Source: an uncultured Gemmatimonadales bacterium (lineage in GTDB: Bacteria > Gemmatimonadota > Gemmatimonadetes > Gemmatimonadales > GWC2-71-9). Taken from it: 64,000 nucleotides of DNA. Position 1 is the first letter of the stretch, and every line of letters starts with the position of its first letter. A model generated the notes under the pieces. The model was not told where the DNA came from. It ran no database searches and worked only from the letters and a program-made list of their open reading frames with translations. The stretch spans positions 640,001 through 704,000 of the forward strand of contig CAVOGR010000001.1 of the NCBI GenBank assembly GCA_963695555.1, written 5' to 3'. Position numbers and translations under genes: made by a program. Below, one piece after another: positions 39,053 to 52,694 of the stretch.

Positions 39053-39519
39053 GCCGTCGAACGAGGGCCACGAAGCGTCAGGTTCCGCCGGATCCGCGGT
39101 ATGACAGCCAGACGGTGTCGAAGTTCATCAACAACCTGATGTCGTGCGGCGAGAAGAGCACGGCCGAGGGCATCTTCTACCGCGCGATGGACTTGATCGA
39201 GCAGCGCACCGGGCAGGCGGGTGTGGCGGTGTTCAAGCAGGCGCTGTCCAACGCCAAGCCGGCCGTCGAGGTCAAGAGTCGGCGGGTGGGTGGTGCGTCG
39301 CTGCAGGTGCCGGTCGAGGTCCGTCCCGATCGTCGGACGGCGCTAGCCATGCGGTGGCTCATCGGCTTCAGCCGGGCGCGGAGCGAGCGCACCATGGAAG
39401 ACCGGCTCGCGACAGAGTTGGTCCTGGCCTCGAAGGGCGAGGGGAACACGATTAAGAAGAAGGAAGACACGCACCGGATGGCCGAGGCCAACCGCGCGTT
39501 TGCTCATTATCGCTGGTAA
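39049..39519 (+). CDS. rpsG: 30S ribosomal protein S7
   Basis: [24 protein letters not shown]. Confidence 0.98.
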   Translation: MSRRTRATKRQVPPDPRYDSQTVSKFINNLMSCGEKSTAEGIFYRAMDLIEQRTGQAGVAVFKQALSNAKPAVEVKSRRVGGASLQVPVEVRPDRRTALAMRWLIGFSRARSERTMEDRLATELVLASKGEGNTIKKKEDTHRMAEANRAFAHYRW

Positions 39520-39692
39520 GTAACCCTGAGCCGGCGGGGGAGGCGAGCCCGTCGACGTAGTGACACATCGGGCTATGTGACGCGGAGCAGCGTCACCTCT
39601 GGTCTTCTGAAAGCACAACGCGTGGGGTCACGGCTGGCTCCTCATCGTCAGGCGAATGCCTGGATGACGCGCGGAGCGATACCACCCGGACT

Positions 39693-39718
39693 GCCGGGGC
39701 TCGGTCGCCCCGCTTTTT
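39693..39718 (+). terminator. Terminator-like hairpin with T-tract just upstream of fusA
   Basis: CGGGGC-TCGGTC-GCCCCG followed by CTTTTT. Confidence 0.45.
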
Positions 39719-39738
39719 CGCAGGATAGAGTTGAGGAT

Positions 39739-41829
<2,091 letters not shown>

Positions 41830-41917
41830 GCCGACCGCATGAGTAGTGTGATGGATGGACCGATAGCCGATAGCCGAAGACGGACTCAAATACGGACCGA
41901 TTCGAGGAACGCACGCC

Positions 41918-43111
<1,194 letters not shown>

Positions 43112-43179
43112 CGGGAGTAGGGTGTAGGACGGTCGGGAGTAGGAAGGCCCACCGTTGACCCAGAGCCAAGGTATTGAAC

Positions 43180-43488
43180 ATGGCAGGCAAGATTCGCATT
43201 CGTCTCAAGGCATTCGACCACGTGGTCCTGGACCAGGCGGCGGCCGATATCGTGCGCACCGCCGAGAAGACCGGGGCCAAGGTGTCGGGGCCCATCCCGC
43301 TGCCGATGAAAATCGAGCGCTGGACCGTGCTCCGGAGCCCCCACGTGGACAAGAAGAGTCGCGAGCAGTTCGAGCTCCGGACGCATAAGCGCCTGCTCGA
43401 CATCCAGGATTCCCGGCCGCAGACCATGGATGCGCTGACCAAGTTGGATCTGCCCGCCGGGGTCGACGTGGAAATCAAGGTCGGTTAG
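43180..43488 (+). CDS. rpsJ: 30S ribosomal protein S10
   Basis: [24 protein letters not shown]. Confidence 0.98.
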   Translation: MAGKIRIRLKAFDHVVLDQAAADIVRTAEKTGAKVSGPIPLPMKIERWTVLRSPHVDKKSREQFELRTHKRLLDIQDSRPQTMDALTKLDLPAGVDVEIKVG

Positions 43489-43490
43489 CG

Positions 43491-44117
43491 ATGACGACAG
43501 GATTGATCGGCCGCAAGCTCGGCATGACGAGGATCTTCGCGGATGACGGCACCGTGACACCGGTGACGGTGATCGAGGCGGGTCCCTGTCCGGTGGTGCA
43601 GGTCCATCCCGACCGGGTGCAGCTCGGCTTCGGGCAGCGCAAGGCCAAGCGCACGACGAAGCCAGAGCTTGGGCACGCCCAGAAGGCCAAGCTCGAGCGC
43701 GCGCCACGCGTGCTGAAGGAATTTCCGCTCGCGGGGAGCGAGGCGCCCGAGGTCGGCAGCCAGGTCACCGTCGAGCTGTTCGCTCCGGGCGACCGGGTCA
43801 AGGTGACTGGTACCACGAAGGGACGGGGGTTCCAGGGTGTGGTTCACCGCTACGGTTTCGCTGGCGGCCCGGCGTCGCACGGCAACACACGGTACCGGCG
43901 GACCGGCTCCATCGGCCCGGGCACCAACCCGTCCCGCGTGCTCAAGGGGAAGCGGATGCCGGGGCATCAGGGCGCAGCGCGGCATACCGAACTGGGATTG
44001 ACCATCATGCGAGTCGATCCCGAGCAGAACCTGCTGTTCATTCGGGGCGCGGTGCCCGGCGCACGCAACGGCATTTTGACCATCGCCAAGCAGGGAGGCA
44101 GGAGTCGTCATGATTGA
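43491..44117 (+). CDS. rplC: 50S ribosomal protein L3
   Basis: GRKLGMT, KGRGFQG; position in S10 operon. Confidence 0.97.
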   Translation: MTTGLIGRKLGMTRIFADDGTVTPVTVIEAGPCPVVQVHPDRVQLGFGQRKAKRTTKPELGHAQKAKLERAPRVLKEFPLAGSEAPEVGSQVTVELFAPGDRVKVTGTTKGRGFQGVVHRYGFAGGPASHGNTRYRRTGSIGPGTNPSRVLKGKRMPGHQGAARHTELGLTIMRVDPEQNLLFIRGAVPGARNGILTIAKQGGRSRHD

Positions 44118-44934
44118 GGCGCCACTCTACTCGGCGTCCGGCGAGAAGCGCCGCAAAGCGTTCGCCCTACCGGTCGAGTACTTCGACGGTCAGGTGAACC
44201 ACGCCGTGCTGCATCAGTCGGTCCGCGCCTTCCGGAACAACCAGCGGCAAGGCACGCATCAGACCAAGACCCGGTCCATGGTCTCCGGCGGGGGGGCGAA
44301 GCCCTGGAAACAGAAGGGGACGGGCCGTGCGCGACAAGGCAGCATTCGGTCGGCCCAGTGGCGGGGTGGTGGGACGGTCTTCGGACCCTCCCCGCGCGAC
44401 TACACGACACCGGTGCCACGGAAGGTCCGTGGTCTGGCCCGCCGCTCCGCGCTCAACGCGCGTGCCGCCGAGGGGGCGCTCACGGTGGTCGAAGGGTGGG
44501 AACTGGCGGCGCCGAAGACTGCCGACTTTGTCGCGCTGCTCGATCGGTGGGGTGCCACGGATAAGAAGCTCCTGGTGCTCACCCACGGCATGAACCGGCC
44601 GGTCTATCTGAGCGCGAGGAACCTCCCCTCGATCGAGGTCATGCCGTACAACGAGGCGACCGCGTATCACGTCTTGTGGGCGGACACCGTGGTCGTGGAA
44701 CAGGCGGCGCTGCCCGAGGGTGGCGAAGAGGTGGAGCCGACGGCCGAGCCGAAGCCCAAGCCGACGCCGGCCAAGAAGGCCAAAAAGGCAGCCCGGCCCA
44801 AGACCGCCAAGCGGGCCGCGCCAAAGAAGGCCGCCAAGAAGCGCGCGGGTGGAACGGCAACGGCCAAGAAGAAGACGGCCAAGAAAGCGGCGAAGAAGAC
44901 CGTCGCGAAGAAAAAGAAGAAGGGAAGTAGCTGA
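44110..44934 (+). CDS. rplD: 50S ribosomal protein L4 with Lys/Ala-rich C-terminal tail
   Basis: KPWKQKGTGRARQGS, SARNLP. Confidence 0.97.
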   Translation: MIEAPLYSASGEKRRKAFALPVEYFDGQVNHAVLHQSVRAFRNNQRQGTHQTKTRSMVSGGGAKPWKQKGTGRARQGSIRSAQWRGGGTVFGPSPRDYTTPVPRKVRGLARRSALNARAAEGALTVVEGWELAAPKTADFVALLDRWGATDKKLLVLTHGMNRPVYLSARNLPSIEVMPYNEATAYHVLWADTVVVEQAALPEGGEEVEPTAEPKPKPTPAKKAKKAARPKTAKRAAPKKAAKKRAGGTATAKKKTAKKAAKKTVAKKKKKGSS

Positions 44935-45221
44935 TGCCCGCACTTCACGAGATCATCGTCAGGCCGCTGGTCACCGAGAAAAGCTCGGCCGCATTTCAGG
45001 CCCGGCGTGAGTACACCTTCGAGGTGCATCCGGAGGCCAACAAGTTCCAGATCCGCGATGCCTTGGAGAAGCTGTTCGACGTGACCGTGACTGACGTGCG
45101 CACCATGCAGGTGCGGCGGAAGTCCGTCTTCCGCGCCCAGACCATCGGTGCCAAGCCTCGGTGGAAGAAGGCCGTGGTGACCCTCAAGGACGGCGACGAG
45201 ATCGCCGTGTTCGAGAGCTGA
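44934..45221 (+). CDS. rplW: 50S ribosomal protein L23
   Basis: [15 protein letters not shown]. Confidence 0.96.
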   Translation: MPALHEIIVRPLVTEKSSAAFQARREYTFEVHPEANKFQIRDALEKLFDVTVTDVRTMQVRRKSVFRAQTIGAKPRWKKAVVTLKDGDEIAVFES

Positions 45222-45223
45222 GC

Positions 45224-46063
45224 ATGAGCATTCGCAAGTTTCGCCCGGTGACGCCGGGTACGCGGTTCCGCTCGGTGTCGGGCTTTGACGAGATCACCCG
45301 GACCACGCCCGAGAAGTCGCTGGTCGAGCCGCTGCGAAAGACCGGCGGACGCAACAGCCGGGGCCACTTGACCATGCGCCACCGTGGCGGTGGCCACAAG
45401 CGCCAATACCGCCGAATAGACTTCAAGCGGGACAAGTTCGGCGTCCCGGCCCGGGTGGCTGAGATCGAATACGATCCCAACCGAAGCGCTCGGATTGCGC
45501 TCCTGGTCTACGCCGACGGCGAGAAGCGCTACATCCTGCACCCCAAGGGCCTCGAGCAGGGTGCCACGGTCGTTTCCGGGCCCGGATCCGACATCCGGAT
45601 CGGCAACACGGTGCCGCTCCGTGAGATGCCCCTCGGGACGACGGTGCACAACGTGGAGCTCAAGGTCGGCAAGGGCGGCCAAATGGCCCGCTCGGCCGGT
45701 GCCGGGGTGCAGGTGGTGGCCAAGGAAGGCAACTACGTCACGCTGCGCCTGCGCTCCACCGAGATGCGGCGGGTCCATGAGCGGTGCCTGGCAACCATCG
45801 GCGAGGTGGGCAACTCGGAGCACGAACTCCTCAGCGCCGGAAAGGCCGGAAAGACGCGCTGGCGCGGACGCCGGCCGAAGGTTCGCGGTGTCGCGATGAA
45901 CCCGGTGGACCACCCGCTCGGCGGTGGCGAGGGCAAGGCCTCCGGCGGCCGCCCACCGACCTCGCCGTGGGGCAAGGTCGAAGGGCGCAAGACGCGGAAG
46001 CATAAGAAGGCAAGCACCAAGCTCATCGTGCGCGGCCGCAAGCGCGGCAAGGCGACCAAGTAA
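45224..46063 (+). CDS. rplB: 50S ribosomal protein L2
   Basis: [29 protein letters not shown]. Confidence 0.98.
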   Translation: MSIRKFRPVTPGTRFRSVSGFDEITRTTPEKSLVEPLRKTGGRNSRGHLTMRHRGGGHKRQYRRIDFKRDKFGVPARVAEIEYDPNRSARIALLVYADGEKRYILHPKGLEQGATVVSGPGSDIRIGNTVPLREMPLGTTVHNVELKVGKGGQMARSAGAGVQVVAKEGNYVTLRLRSTEMRRVHERCLATIGEVGNSEHELLSAGKAGKTRWRGRRPKVRGVAMNPVDHPLGGGEGKASGGRPPTSPWGKVEGRKTRKHKKASTKLIVRGRKRGKATK

Positions 46064-46087
46064 CCGGCAGGGAATGAGACTGAGACT

Positions 46088-46378
46088 ATGTCGAGAAGCG
46101 TAAAGAAGGGACCCTACGTCGAGGCTTCGTTGGCGCGGAAAGTTGAGGCGCTCAACCAGCAGAACGACAAACGGGTGATCAAGACCTGGAGCCGGGCGAG
46201 CACCATCTTGCCGGAATTCGTGGGCCACACGTTTGCGGTGCACAACGGGAACAAGTTCATCCCGGTGTACGTGACCGAGAACATGGTGGGGCACAAGCTG
46301 GGCGAGTTCGCCCCCACGCGCCTGTTCCGCGGCCATAGCGGCAAGTTGGCCGCCGACAAGAAAGTGAAGCCGACCTGA
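46088..46378 (+). CDS. rpsS: 30S ribosomal protein S19
   Basis: [18 protein letters not shown]. Confidence 0.98.
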   Translation: MSRSVKKGPYVEASLARKVEALNQQNDKRVIKTWSRASTILPEFVGHTFAVHNGNKFIPVYVTENMVGHKLGEFAPTRLFRGHSGKLAADKKVKPT

Positions 46379-46738
46379 TGGCTGCCGGGCATGCGATTCA
46401 GCGGGAGGCGCGCCAGTCTCCCAGGAAGATGCGGCTCGTGGTCGACCTGATTCGCGGCAAGAACGTGAACGAGGCCTACGCGATCCTCAAGTTCAACAAG
46501 AAGCTTGCCGCGCAGCAGATCGAGAAGACCCTGCGCTCCGCCGTGTCCAACGCGGAGCAAAAGGCGATCCGGGACAATCGAGCCGTTCGATCTCGACCAG
46601 CTCTATGTGTCATCGGCGTCGATCGACATGGGGCGAACCCTCAAGCGGTACAAGCCCGCGGCACAGGGCCGAGCCACGCCTATTCGGAAGCGCACCAGTC
46701 ACGTGGTAATCCGCGTGGCAACCAAGGAGACCGACTGA
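46378..46738 (+). CDS. rplV: 50S ribosomal protein L22 (one-base frameshift near 46579, probably a sequencing error)
   Basis: [15 protein letters not shown] in one frame; [22 protein letters not shown] in the next; extra base in GAC AAT C GAG CCG. Confidence 0.92.
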
Positions 46739-47400
46739 TGGGGCAGAAGACGCATCCGCTCGGCATTCGGCTGGGCATCGTGAAGCCTTGGCGGTCGCGC
46801 TGGTACGCAACGGCCCGGGACATGCCCGCGTTCCTCCGAGAGGACGAGCTGATCCGGAAATATCTCTGGACTCGACTCGGACACGCGGCCATCGCGGAGA
46901 TCCACATCGAGCGCAAGCCGGGCAAGGTGACGGTTACCGTGCATACCGGCCGGCCCGGCGTGGTGATCGGGAAGCGGGGCGCCGAGGTCGACAAGCTGCG
47001 TGATGAGCTGGCCCAGTTGACCGGCAAAGAAGCCGCGATCAACGTCGAAGAGATCAAGCGTCCCGAGACGTCGGCCAAGCTGGTGGCGGAAAATATCTCG
47101 CACCAGCTCAAGATGCGGATCTCGTTCCGCCGGGCTATGAAGCGGGCCGTCCAATCGGCGCTGCGCATGGGGGCGCCGGGCATCAAGGTGCGGTGTTCCG
47201 GTCGGCTGGGTGGAGCGGAAATCGCCCGGACGGAAGGGTATCACGAGGGCCGGGTGCCGCTGCACACGCTGCGCGCGGACATCGATTACGCGACGGCGAC
47301 GGCAAAGACCACCTACGGCACGGTTGGCGTCAAGGTATGGATCTTCAAGGGTGAGATCGTGGAAGACCTCCACGGGCGCACCTACAGCACAGGAGCCTAA
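46738..47400 (+). CDS. rpsC: 30S ribosomal protein S3
   Basis: [37 protein letters not shown] upstream. Confidence 0.98.
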   Translation: MGQKTHPLGIRLGIVKPWRSRWYATARDMPAFLREDELIRKYLWTRLGHAAIAEIHIERKPGKVTVTVHTGRPGVVIGKRGAEVDKLRDELAQLTGKEAAINVEEIKRPETSAKLVAENISHQLKMRISFRRAMKRAVQSALRMGAPGIKVRCSGRLGGAEIARTEGYHEGRVPLHTLRADIDYATATAKTTYGTVGVKVWIFKGEIVEDLHGRTYSTGA

Positions 47401-47405
47401 GGCCG

Positions 47406-47819
47406 ATGCTCGCGCCGAAGAGAGTCAAGTTCCGGAAGATGTTCAAAGGCCGCACACGGGGCATCGCCCGTCGCGGCAACACGGTGACTTTCGGAGAATA
47501 CGGACTCATGTCGCTCGATCCGGGGTGGATTTCCAATCGCCAGATCGAGGCCTCCCGGGTGGCTATGAGCCGGGCCATGAAGCGCGGCGGGAAAGTCTGG
47601 ATCCGCATCTTTCCGGACAAGCCCATTACCAAGAAGCCGGCGGAGACGCGGATGGGCAAAGGCAAGGGAAACCCCGAGGGCTGGGTGGCGGTGGTCAAGC
47701 CCGGCCGTGTGCTGTTCGAAGTGGAAGGGGTCACCGAGCAGGTGGCACGGCGTGCCATGGAGCTCGCCGCGGCCAAGCTCCCGGTAAAGACCCGCTTCGT
47801 GCGGCGCGAGGAGGGCTGA
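47406..47819 (+). CDS. rplP: 50S ribosomal protein L16
   Basis: [15 protein letters not shown]. Confidence 0.98.
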   Translation: MLAPKRVKFRKMFKGRTRGIARRGNTVTFGEYGLMSLDPGWISNRQIEASRVAMSRAMKRGGKVWIRIFPDKPITKKPAETRMGKGKGNPEGWVAVVKPGRVLFEVEGVTEQVARRAMELAAAKLPVKTRFVRREEG

Positions 47820-47823
47820 CCCA

Positions 47824-48036
47824 GTGCAAGCCAGAGACCTTCGGGAACTGTCGACGGAAGAGCTCGGCCAAAAGCTGGCCGAGTTGATTGAGGAGCGCTT
47901 CCGGTTGCGATTCCGCTCGGCGACCGAGCAGATCGACAACCCACTCCAATTCCGGACCATCAGGCGCGACATCGCGCGGATCAAGACCGTGCTTCGTGAA
48001 CGAACGGGGCAAGTGGAAGGAACGACGCATGAGTGA
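47824..48036 (+). CDS. rpmC: 50S ribosomal protein L29
   Basis: RRDIARIKT; position in operon. Confidence 0.95.
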   Translation: MQARDLRELSTEELGQKLAELIEERFRLRFRSATEQIDNPLQFRTIRRDIARIKTVLRERTGQVEGTTHE

Positions 48037-48304
48037 CGCAGCCAAGACATCCGCGCCCCGGACGCAACGCAAGGTCCGCACCGGTGTGGTAACCAGTGAC
48101 AAGATGCAACAGACCGTGACAGTCGAGCTGACGCGGCAGTTTGCCCACCCGACCTACGGGAAGCAAATGACTCGCACCACTCGGATCAAGGCGCGCGATA
48201 CCAACGGTGCCAAGACGGGCGATACGGTTCGCGTCATGGAGACCCGGCCACTGTCGAAGACGGTGCGGTGGCGGGTGATTGACATCGTCCAGCGCGCCAA
48301 GTAG
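48029..48304 (+). CDS. rpsQ: 30S ribosomal protein S17
   Basis: [19 protein letters not shown]. Confidence 0.96.
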   Translation: MSDAAKTSAPRTQRKVRTGVVTSDKMQQTVTVELTRQFAHPTYGKQMTRTTRIKARDTNGAKTGDTVRVMETRPLSKTVRWRVIDIVQRAK

Positions 48305-48317
48305 CGCGGAGCATCTC

Positions 48318-48686
48318 ATGGTTCAGCAAGAGAGCATTCTCAAGATTGCGGACAATTCCGGGGCCCGAAAAGCCCTGGTCATTCGGGTCTTGGGTGGAAG
48401 CAAGCGCCGCTACGCAGGCCTGGGCGACAAGGTGGTCGTGGCCATCAAGGACGCGATTCCGACCGGGCAGGTGAAGCGGGGCGACATCGCGAAAGCGGTC
48501 ATCGTCCGTACTGCCAAAGAAACCCGCCGACGGGATGGATCGTACATCCGGTTCGACGATAACGCGGCGGTCCTCATCAACGATCAGGGAGAGCCGCGCG
48601 CGACCCGCATCTTCGGCCCGGTAGCCCGGGAACTGCGCGACAAGCGCTACATGAAGATCGTCTCCCTCGCTCCGGAGGTGCTGTAA
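48318..48686 (+). CDS. rplN: 50S ribosomal protein L14
   Basis: [21 protein letters not shown]. Confidence 0.98.
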   Translation: MVQQESILKIADNSGARKALVIRVLGGSKRRYAGLGDKVVVAIKDAIPTGQVKRGDIAKAVIVRTAKETRRRDGSYIRFDDNAAVLINDQGEPRATRIFGPVARELRDKRYMKIVSLAPEVL

Positions 48687-49067
48687 GTGAATCGACTGGT
48701 CTATCGGAAGGGCAAGCGCAAGCGCCAACGCCCGGTGATCCGTGTCAAGATGTCGATCACCAAGGGCGACATGGTGCAGGTCATCTCGGGGGAAGACAAG
48801 GGGAAGCGCGGCCGCGTAATGCGTACCCATCCCAAGTCGGGCCGGATCACCATCGAAGGGGTGAACATCGTCAAACGGCACCGCGCGCCAACGGGAACGA
48901 CCGAGGGCGGCATCATGGAGATGCCGGCGCCCATCCATCACTCGAAGGCGATGCTCATCGACCCCAAGACCAACGAGCCCACCCGGGTCCGTCGCCGTGT
49001 CGACAAGGACGGCACGGTCGAGCGCATTGCGACCAAATCGGGCGACTCGATCCCGAGGAATAGATAG
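48687..49067 (+). CDS. rplX: 50S ribosomal protein L24
   Basis: KGDMVQVISGEDKGKRG, EGVNIVKRH. Confidence 0.95.
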   Translation: MNRLVYRKGKRKRQRPVIRVKMSITKGDMVQVISGEDKGKRGRVMRTHPKSGRITIEGVNIVKRHRAPTGTTEGGIMEMPAPIHHSKAMLIDPKTNEPTRVRRRVDKDGTVERIATKSGDSIPRNR

Positions 49068-49069
49068 GT

Positions 49070-49750
49070 ATGGCAACCCAGAGTCCGAAAGCGGAACAGG
49101 CCCCCGCAGGGGAGAAGCCGGCGGGAAAGCGCGCGAAGGCCAAAGAGGGCGGCGCCGAGCGCGAGGCCAAGCCCAAGGCCCGTGAGGGCAAGCCACGCCT
49201 CCAGGTCCACTACGAGACCGTCGTGCGGGGACGGTTGGCGCAGGCGTTCGGCCTCGACAACCCGATGCAGGTGCCGCGGCTGGCCAAGATCGTGCTGAAC
49301 GTGGGCATGGGAGAGGCGCCGAAGAACCCCAAACAGCTCGAGGCCGCGGTGGACGAGCTGGAGCGGATCACGGGGCAGAAGGCCGTCGTCACCCGCGCCA
49401 AGAAGGCCATCTCGAATTTTGCCCTCCGGGCCGGGATGCCCATCGGAACCCGGGTGACGCTCCGCGGGGCGCGCATGTACGAGTTCCTCGATCGGTTCGT
49501 GACGCTCGCGGTGCCGCGGCTGCGCGACTTTCGCGGCCTGCCGACCAAGAGCTTTGATGGCCGTGGCAACTACAGCATCGGCATCAAGGAACAGATGATC
49601 TTTCCCGAAGTGGACTTCGACAAAGTGGAGAAGATCCACGGGATGGACATCACGATCGTGACGACGGCCGGGCGGGATGACATGGCGATGGCGCTGCTTC
49701 GGGAGTTTGGATGGCCGTTCCGCAGCGAGACGCCGATTCGTGTTGGATAA
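49070..49750 (+). CDS. rplE: 50S ribosomal protein L5
   Basis: ITGQK, PRLRDFRG, FDGRGNY. Confidence 0.97.
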   Translation: MATQSPKAEQAPAGEKPAGKRAKAKEGGAEREAKPKAREGKPRLQVHYETVVRGRLAQAFGLDNPMQVPRLAKIVLNVGMGEAPKNPKQLEAAVDELERITGQKAVVTRAKKAISNFALRAGMPIGTRVTLRGARMYEFLDRFVTLAVPRLRDFRGLPTKSFDGRGNYSIGIKEQMIFPEVDFDKVEKIHGMDITIVTTAGRDDMAMALLREFGWPFRSETPIRVG

Positions 49751-49785
49751 CGCAGTAGACGACACTGAGGACACATAGGGACATT

Positions 49786-49971
49786 ATGGCCAAGACCTGT
49801 TGGATCGAGCGATCAAAACGTACGCCGAAGTACAAGGTCCGTGCAGTGAATCGCTGTGCACGTTGTGGGCGCGCACGCGCCTTTCTCCGCAGGTTCGGCC
49901 TGTGTCGTATCTGCTTCCGCACGCTCGCCCTCCAGGGGGAAATTCCGGGCGTGCGGAAGGCTAGCTGGTAA
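49786..49971 (+). CDS. rpsZ: 30S ribosomal protein S14, zinc-binding (type Z)
   Basis: 61 aa; CARC and CRIC zinc knuckles; KASW end. Confidence 0.96.
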   Translation: MAKTCWIERSKRTPKYKVRAVNRCARCGRARAFLRRFGLCRICFRTLALQGEIPGVRKASW

Positions 49972-49986
49972 GGGGGCAGTGATCGA

Positions 49987-50385
49987 ATGACGATGACAGA
50001 TCCAGTCGCGGACATGCTGACGCGCATTCGGAACGCGTGTTCCGCAGGGCATCGCCGGGTGGATGTCCCGGCTTCGAAGCTCAAAGTGGAGTTGGCCCGG
50101 CTGCTCCGGGACAATCACTACGTGACCGATTTCAAGGTGCTGGAAGACGGTGGGGGACGGGGCTCGTTACGGCTCTACCTCAAGTACCACAACGAGGTGC
50201 CGGTGATCCGGGAACTGCGCAAGGTCTCGACCCCAGGGCTCAGGCGCTACGTCAAGAGCCGCGAAATCCCGCGGGTCAAGAACGGGCTGGGGATGGCCAT
50301 CGTCTCGACGCCGAAGGGCCTCATGAGCGACCGGGATGCCCGGACCGCGAACCTGGGCGGCGAGCTCGTCGCTTACATCTGGTAG
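49987..50385 (+). CDS. rpsH: 30S ribosomal protein S8
   Basis: DPVADMLTRIRN, STPGLRRY, GGEL. Confidence 0.97.
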   Translation: MTMTDPVADMLTRIRNACSAGHRRVDVPASKLKVELARLLRDNHYVTDFKVLEDGGGRGSLRLYLKYHNEVPVIRELRKVSTPGLRRYVKSREIPRVKNGLGMAIVSTPKGLMSDRDARTANLGGELVAYIW

Positions 50386-50392
50386 GTGCATC

Positions 50393-50932
50393 ATGTCGCG
50401 AATTGGTAAGCGGCCAGTCCCGATCCCCAAGGGCGTCACGGTGGAGCTCTCGGGGTCGCGCCTGGCGGTCAAAGGCCCCAAAGGCACGCTGGAGCGGACG
50501 CTCCCGGGCGAGATGGCACTCGAGTACGCGGACGACCACATCACCGTGACTCGGCCCTCGGAGGCGACTCGGCACCGGGCACTCCACGGGCTCACTCGCT
50601 CCTTGGTGAACAACATGGTAGAGGGTGTCGCGCGCGGGTTTTCGAAGCACCTCGAGATCCAGGGCGTCGGCTACCGCGCGGAGGCCAAACCCTACGGCGT
50701 TGACCTCATTGTCGGATACTCGCACCCAGTGAAGTATCAGGCGCCCGCCGGGATCACCATCTCGGCGGAGGCCCCGACGATGCTGAAGATCGAGGGCGCC
50801 GACAAGGAACTCGTGGGTCAGGTGGCGGCGGAAATCCGCAAGGTCCGGCCGCCCGAGCCATACAAGGGCAAGGGAATCCGGTACCGCGGGGAACATGTCC
50901 GCCGCAAGGCCGGAAAGACAGGAGCGAAGTAA
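50393..50932 (+). CDS. rplF: 50S ribosomal protein L6
   Basis: MSRIGK, PEPYKGKGIRY. Confidence 0.97.
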   Translation: MSRIGKRPVPIPKGVTVELSGSRLAVKGPKGTLERTLPGEMALEYADDHITVTRPSEATRHRALHGLTRSLVNNMVEGVARGFSKHLEIQGVGYRAEAKPYGVDLIVGYSHPVKYQAPAGITISAEAPTMLKIEGADKELVGQVAAEIRKVRPPEPYKGKGIRYRGEHVRRKAGKTGAK

Positions 50933-50934
50933 TC

Positions 50935-51306
50935 ATGCGATCGATTCACGCACCCAAGACACGACAGGAACGGCGGTACCGCCGTCGGCTCCGCGTGCGG
51001 AAGCGGATCCAGGGGACGGCCGACCGGCCCCGGTTGGTGGTGTTTCGTTCACTGAAGCATATCTACGCCCAACTGGTCGACGACGATCGGGGCGTGACTC
51101 TGCTCGGCGTCGCAGACCAAAGCGAGGGCGTGACCGTGGATGGCTCCGGCAAGGTGGCCCGGGCCCGCGCCGTCGGCGAGGTGCTCGCCGCCAAAGCCCG
51201 TGCCGCCGGCCATAGCCGAGTGGTGTTCGATCGCGGAGGCTACAAGTATCATGGCCGAGTGCGCGCCGTTGCCGAAGGCGCGCGGGCCGGAGGATTGGAG
51301 TTCTAA
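50935..51306 (+). CDS. rplR: 50S ribosomal protein L18
   Basis: [21 protein letters not shown]. Confidence 0.97.
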   Translation: MRSIHAPKTRQERRYRRRLRVRKRIQGTADRPRLVVFRSLKHIYAQLVDDDRGVTLLGVADQSEGVTVDGSGKVARARAVGEVLAAKARAAGHSRVVFDRGGYKYHGRVRAVAEGARAGGLEF

Positions 51307-52028
51307 TGGCTGACGAGCAGACGAAGCAGGACGCGGCAGCAGGCGAGCCCGCCAAGGAGGCGGCCGCGCAGTCCGTGCCAGCGGCGGCGGAACAACCCGA
51401 AACGGCGCCGAAGACGGAGGCGGAATCTCCCGCCGTGGCCGCGCCGCCCAAGAAGCGACCGAGTCAGCGCAGGTCCCAGGAAGGACGCGGTGGACGGGGG
51501 GGCCGACGGGATCGCAGCGATCGGGATCGAGGCTCGGATCTCGTCGAGAACGTGATCACGATCAATCGGGTAGCCAAGGTCGTGAAGGGTGGCCGGCGCT
51601 TCTCCTTCAACGCGCTGGTGGCGGTTGGCGATGGCGATGGCAAGGTGGGTGTCGCCATGGGCAAGGCCAACGAGGTCTCCGAGGCGGTGCGCAAGGCGGT
51701 GGAGGCGGCACGGCGAAGCATGGAGACGATCCCACGCTCTGGGACCACTATCCCGCACGAGATCGTCGGCCAGCATGGCGCCGGCCGCGTCCTCCTGAAG
51801 CCCGCAACGACCGGGACCGGCGTCATCGCCGGTGGGCCGGTCCGACAGGTGCTCGAGTGCGCGGGTATCAAAGACATTCTGACGAAGTCGCTCGGGTCGG
51901 CCAATCCGCACAACATGGTGCGAGCCACGATGGATGGCCTGGTTGGCTTGGTGTCACCGGCGCAGATCGCGCGCGAGCGCGGCGTCGATTTGGAGCAAAT
52001 CCACTACCGTTCCCGGCAGGAGGTCTAG
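51306..52028 (+). CDS. rpsE: 30S ribosomal protein S5
   Basis: [22 protein letters not shown]. Confidence 0.97.
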   Translation: MADEQTKQDAAAGEPAKEAAAQSVPAAAEQPETAPKTEAESPAVAAPPKKRPSQRRSQEGRGGRGGRRDRSDRDRGSDLVENVITINRVAKVVKGGRRFSFNALVAVGDGDGKVGVAMGKANEVSEAVRKAVEAARRSMETIPRSGTTIPHEIVGQHGAGRVLLKPATTGTGVIAGGPVRQVLECAGIKDILTKSLGSANPHNMVRATMDGLVGLVSPAQIARERGVDLEQIHYRSRQEV

Positions 52029-52029
52029 G

Positions 52030-52233
52030 ATGCCAAAGAAGACCGCTGCCAAGCTCGCGGTCAAACAGGTCCGGAGCGGGATCGGGCACGCGGAGACGTT
52101 CCGGCGAACGCTCCGCTCGCTTGGACTGCGGCATCATCAGGCGCGAGTCGTAGTCGATGACACGCCCTCCATTCAAGGCATGTTGTATAAGGTGCGGCAC
52201 CTGGTCGAGGTGACGCCGATCGAGGAGACCTGA
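52030..52233 (+). CDS. rpmD: 50S ribosomal protein L30
   Basis: QVRSGIG...LGLR...[10 protein letters not shown]. Confidence 0.93.
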   Translation: MPKKTAAKLAVKQVRSGIGHAETFRRTLRSLGLRHHQARVVVDDTPSIQGMLYKVRHLVEVTPIEET

Positions 52234-52694
52234 TGGCCGAGGATACCAAAGCAGAGAAGCTGACGCTCTCCAATCTGCGTCCGCCCAAGGGTGCCACCCA
52301 GCCACGGCGGCGCGTCGGGCGGGGCCCGGGCTCGGGCCTGGGCAAGACTGCGGGGCGCGGCCACAAGGGCCACAAGGCCCGGACCGGCGGGTACACCAAC
52401 CCCGGATTCGAAGGCGGGCAGATGCCGATCTACCGGCGCCTGCCGAAGCGGGGCTTCACCAACCCGTTCCGGGTCCCAGCCCAGCCGGTGAACATCGCTC
52501 GGCTCGCCGGGCTCGAGGGCACGGACGTGACGCCGGAGACCCTGCACGCCGCCGGGCTGATCGGGAAGCTGGGCGCTCCGGCCAAGATTCTCGCGACCGG
52601 GAACGCCGAGCGTGCCTACACGGTTCGCGGCGTCGCCATCTCTCAATCGGCTCGCGCCAAGATCGAGGCGGCGGGTGGGACCGTCGAGGAGTAG
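52233..52694 (+). CDS. rplO: 50S ribosomal protein L15
   Basis: [26 protein letters not shown]. Confidence 0.97.
   Translation: MAEDTKAEKLTLSNLRPPKGATQPRRRVGRGPGSGLGKTAGRGHKGHKARTGGYTNPGFEGGQMPIYRRLPKRGFTNPFRVPAQPVNIARLAGLEGTDVTPETLHAAGLIGKLGAPAKILATGNAERAYTVRGVAISQSARAKIEAAGGTVEE

Noticed and set aside
46378..47400. 340-aa L22-S3 fusion protein in the ORF track
   Set aside because: It results from a one-base insertion; rpsC has its own RBS and ATG at 46738.
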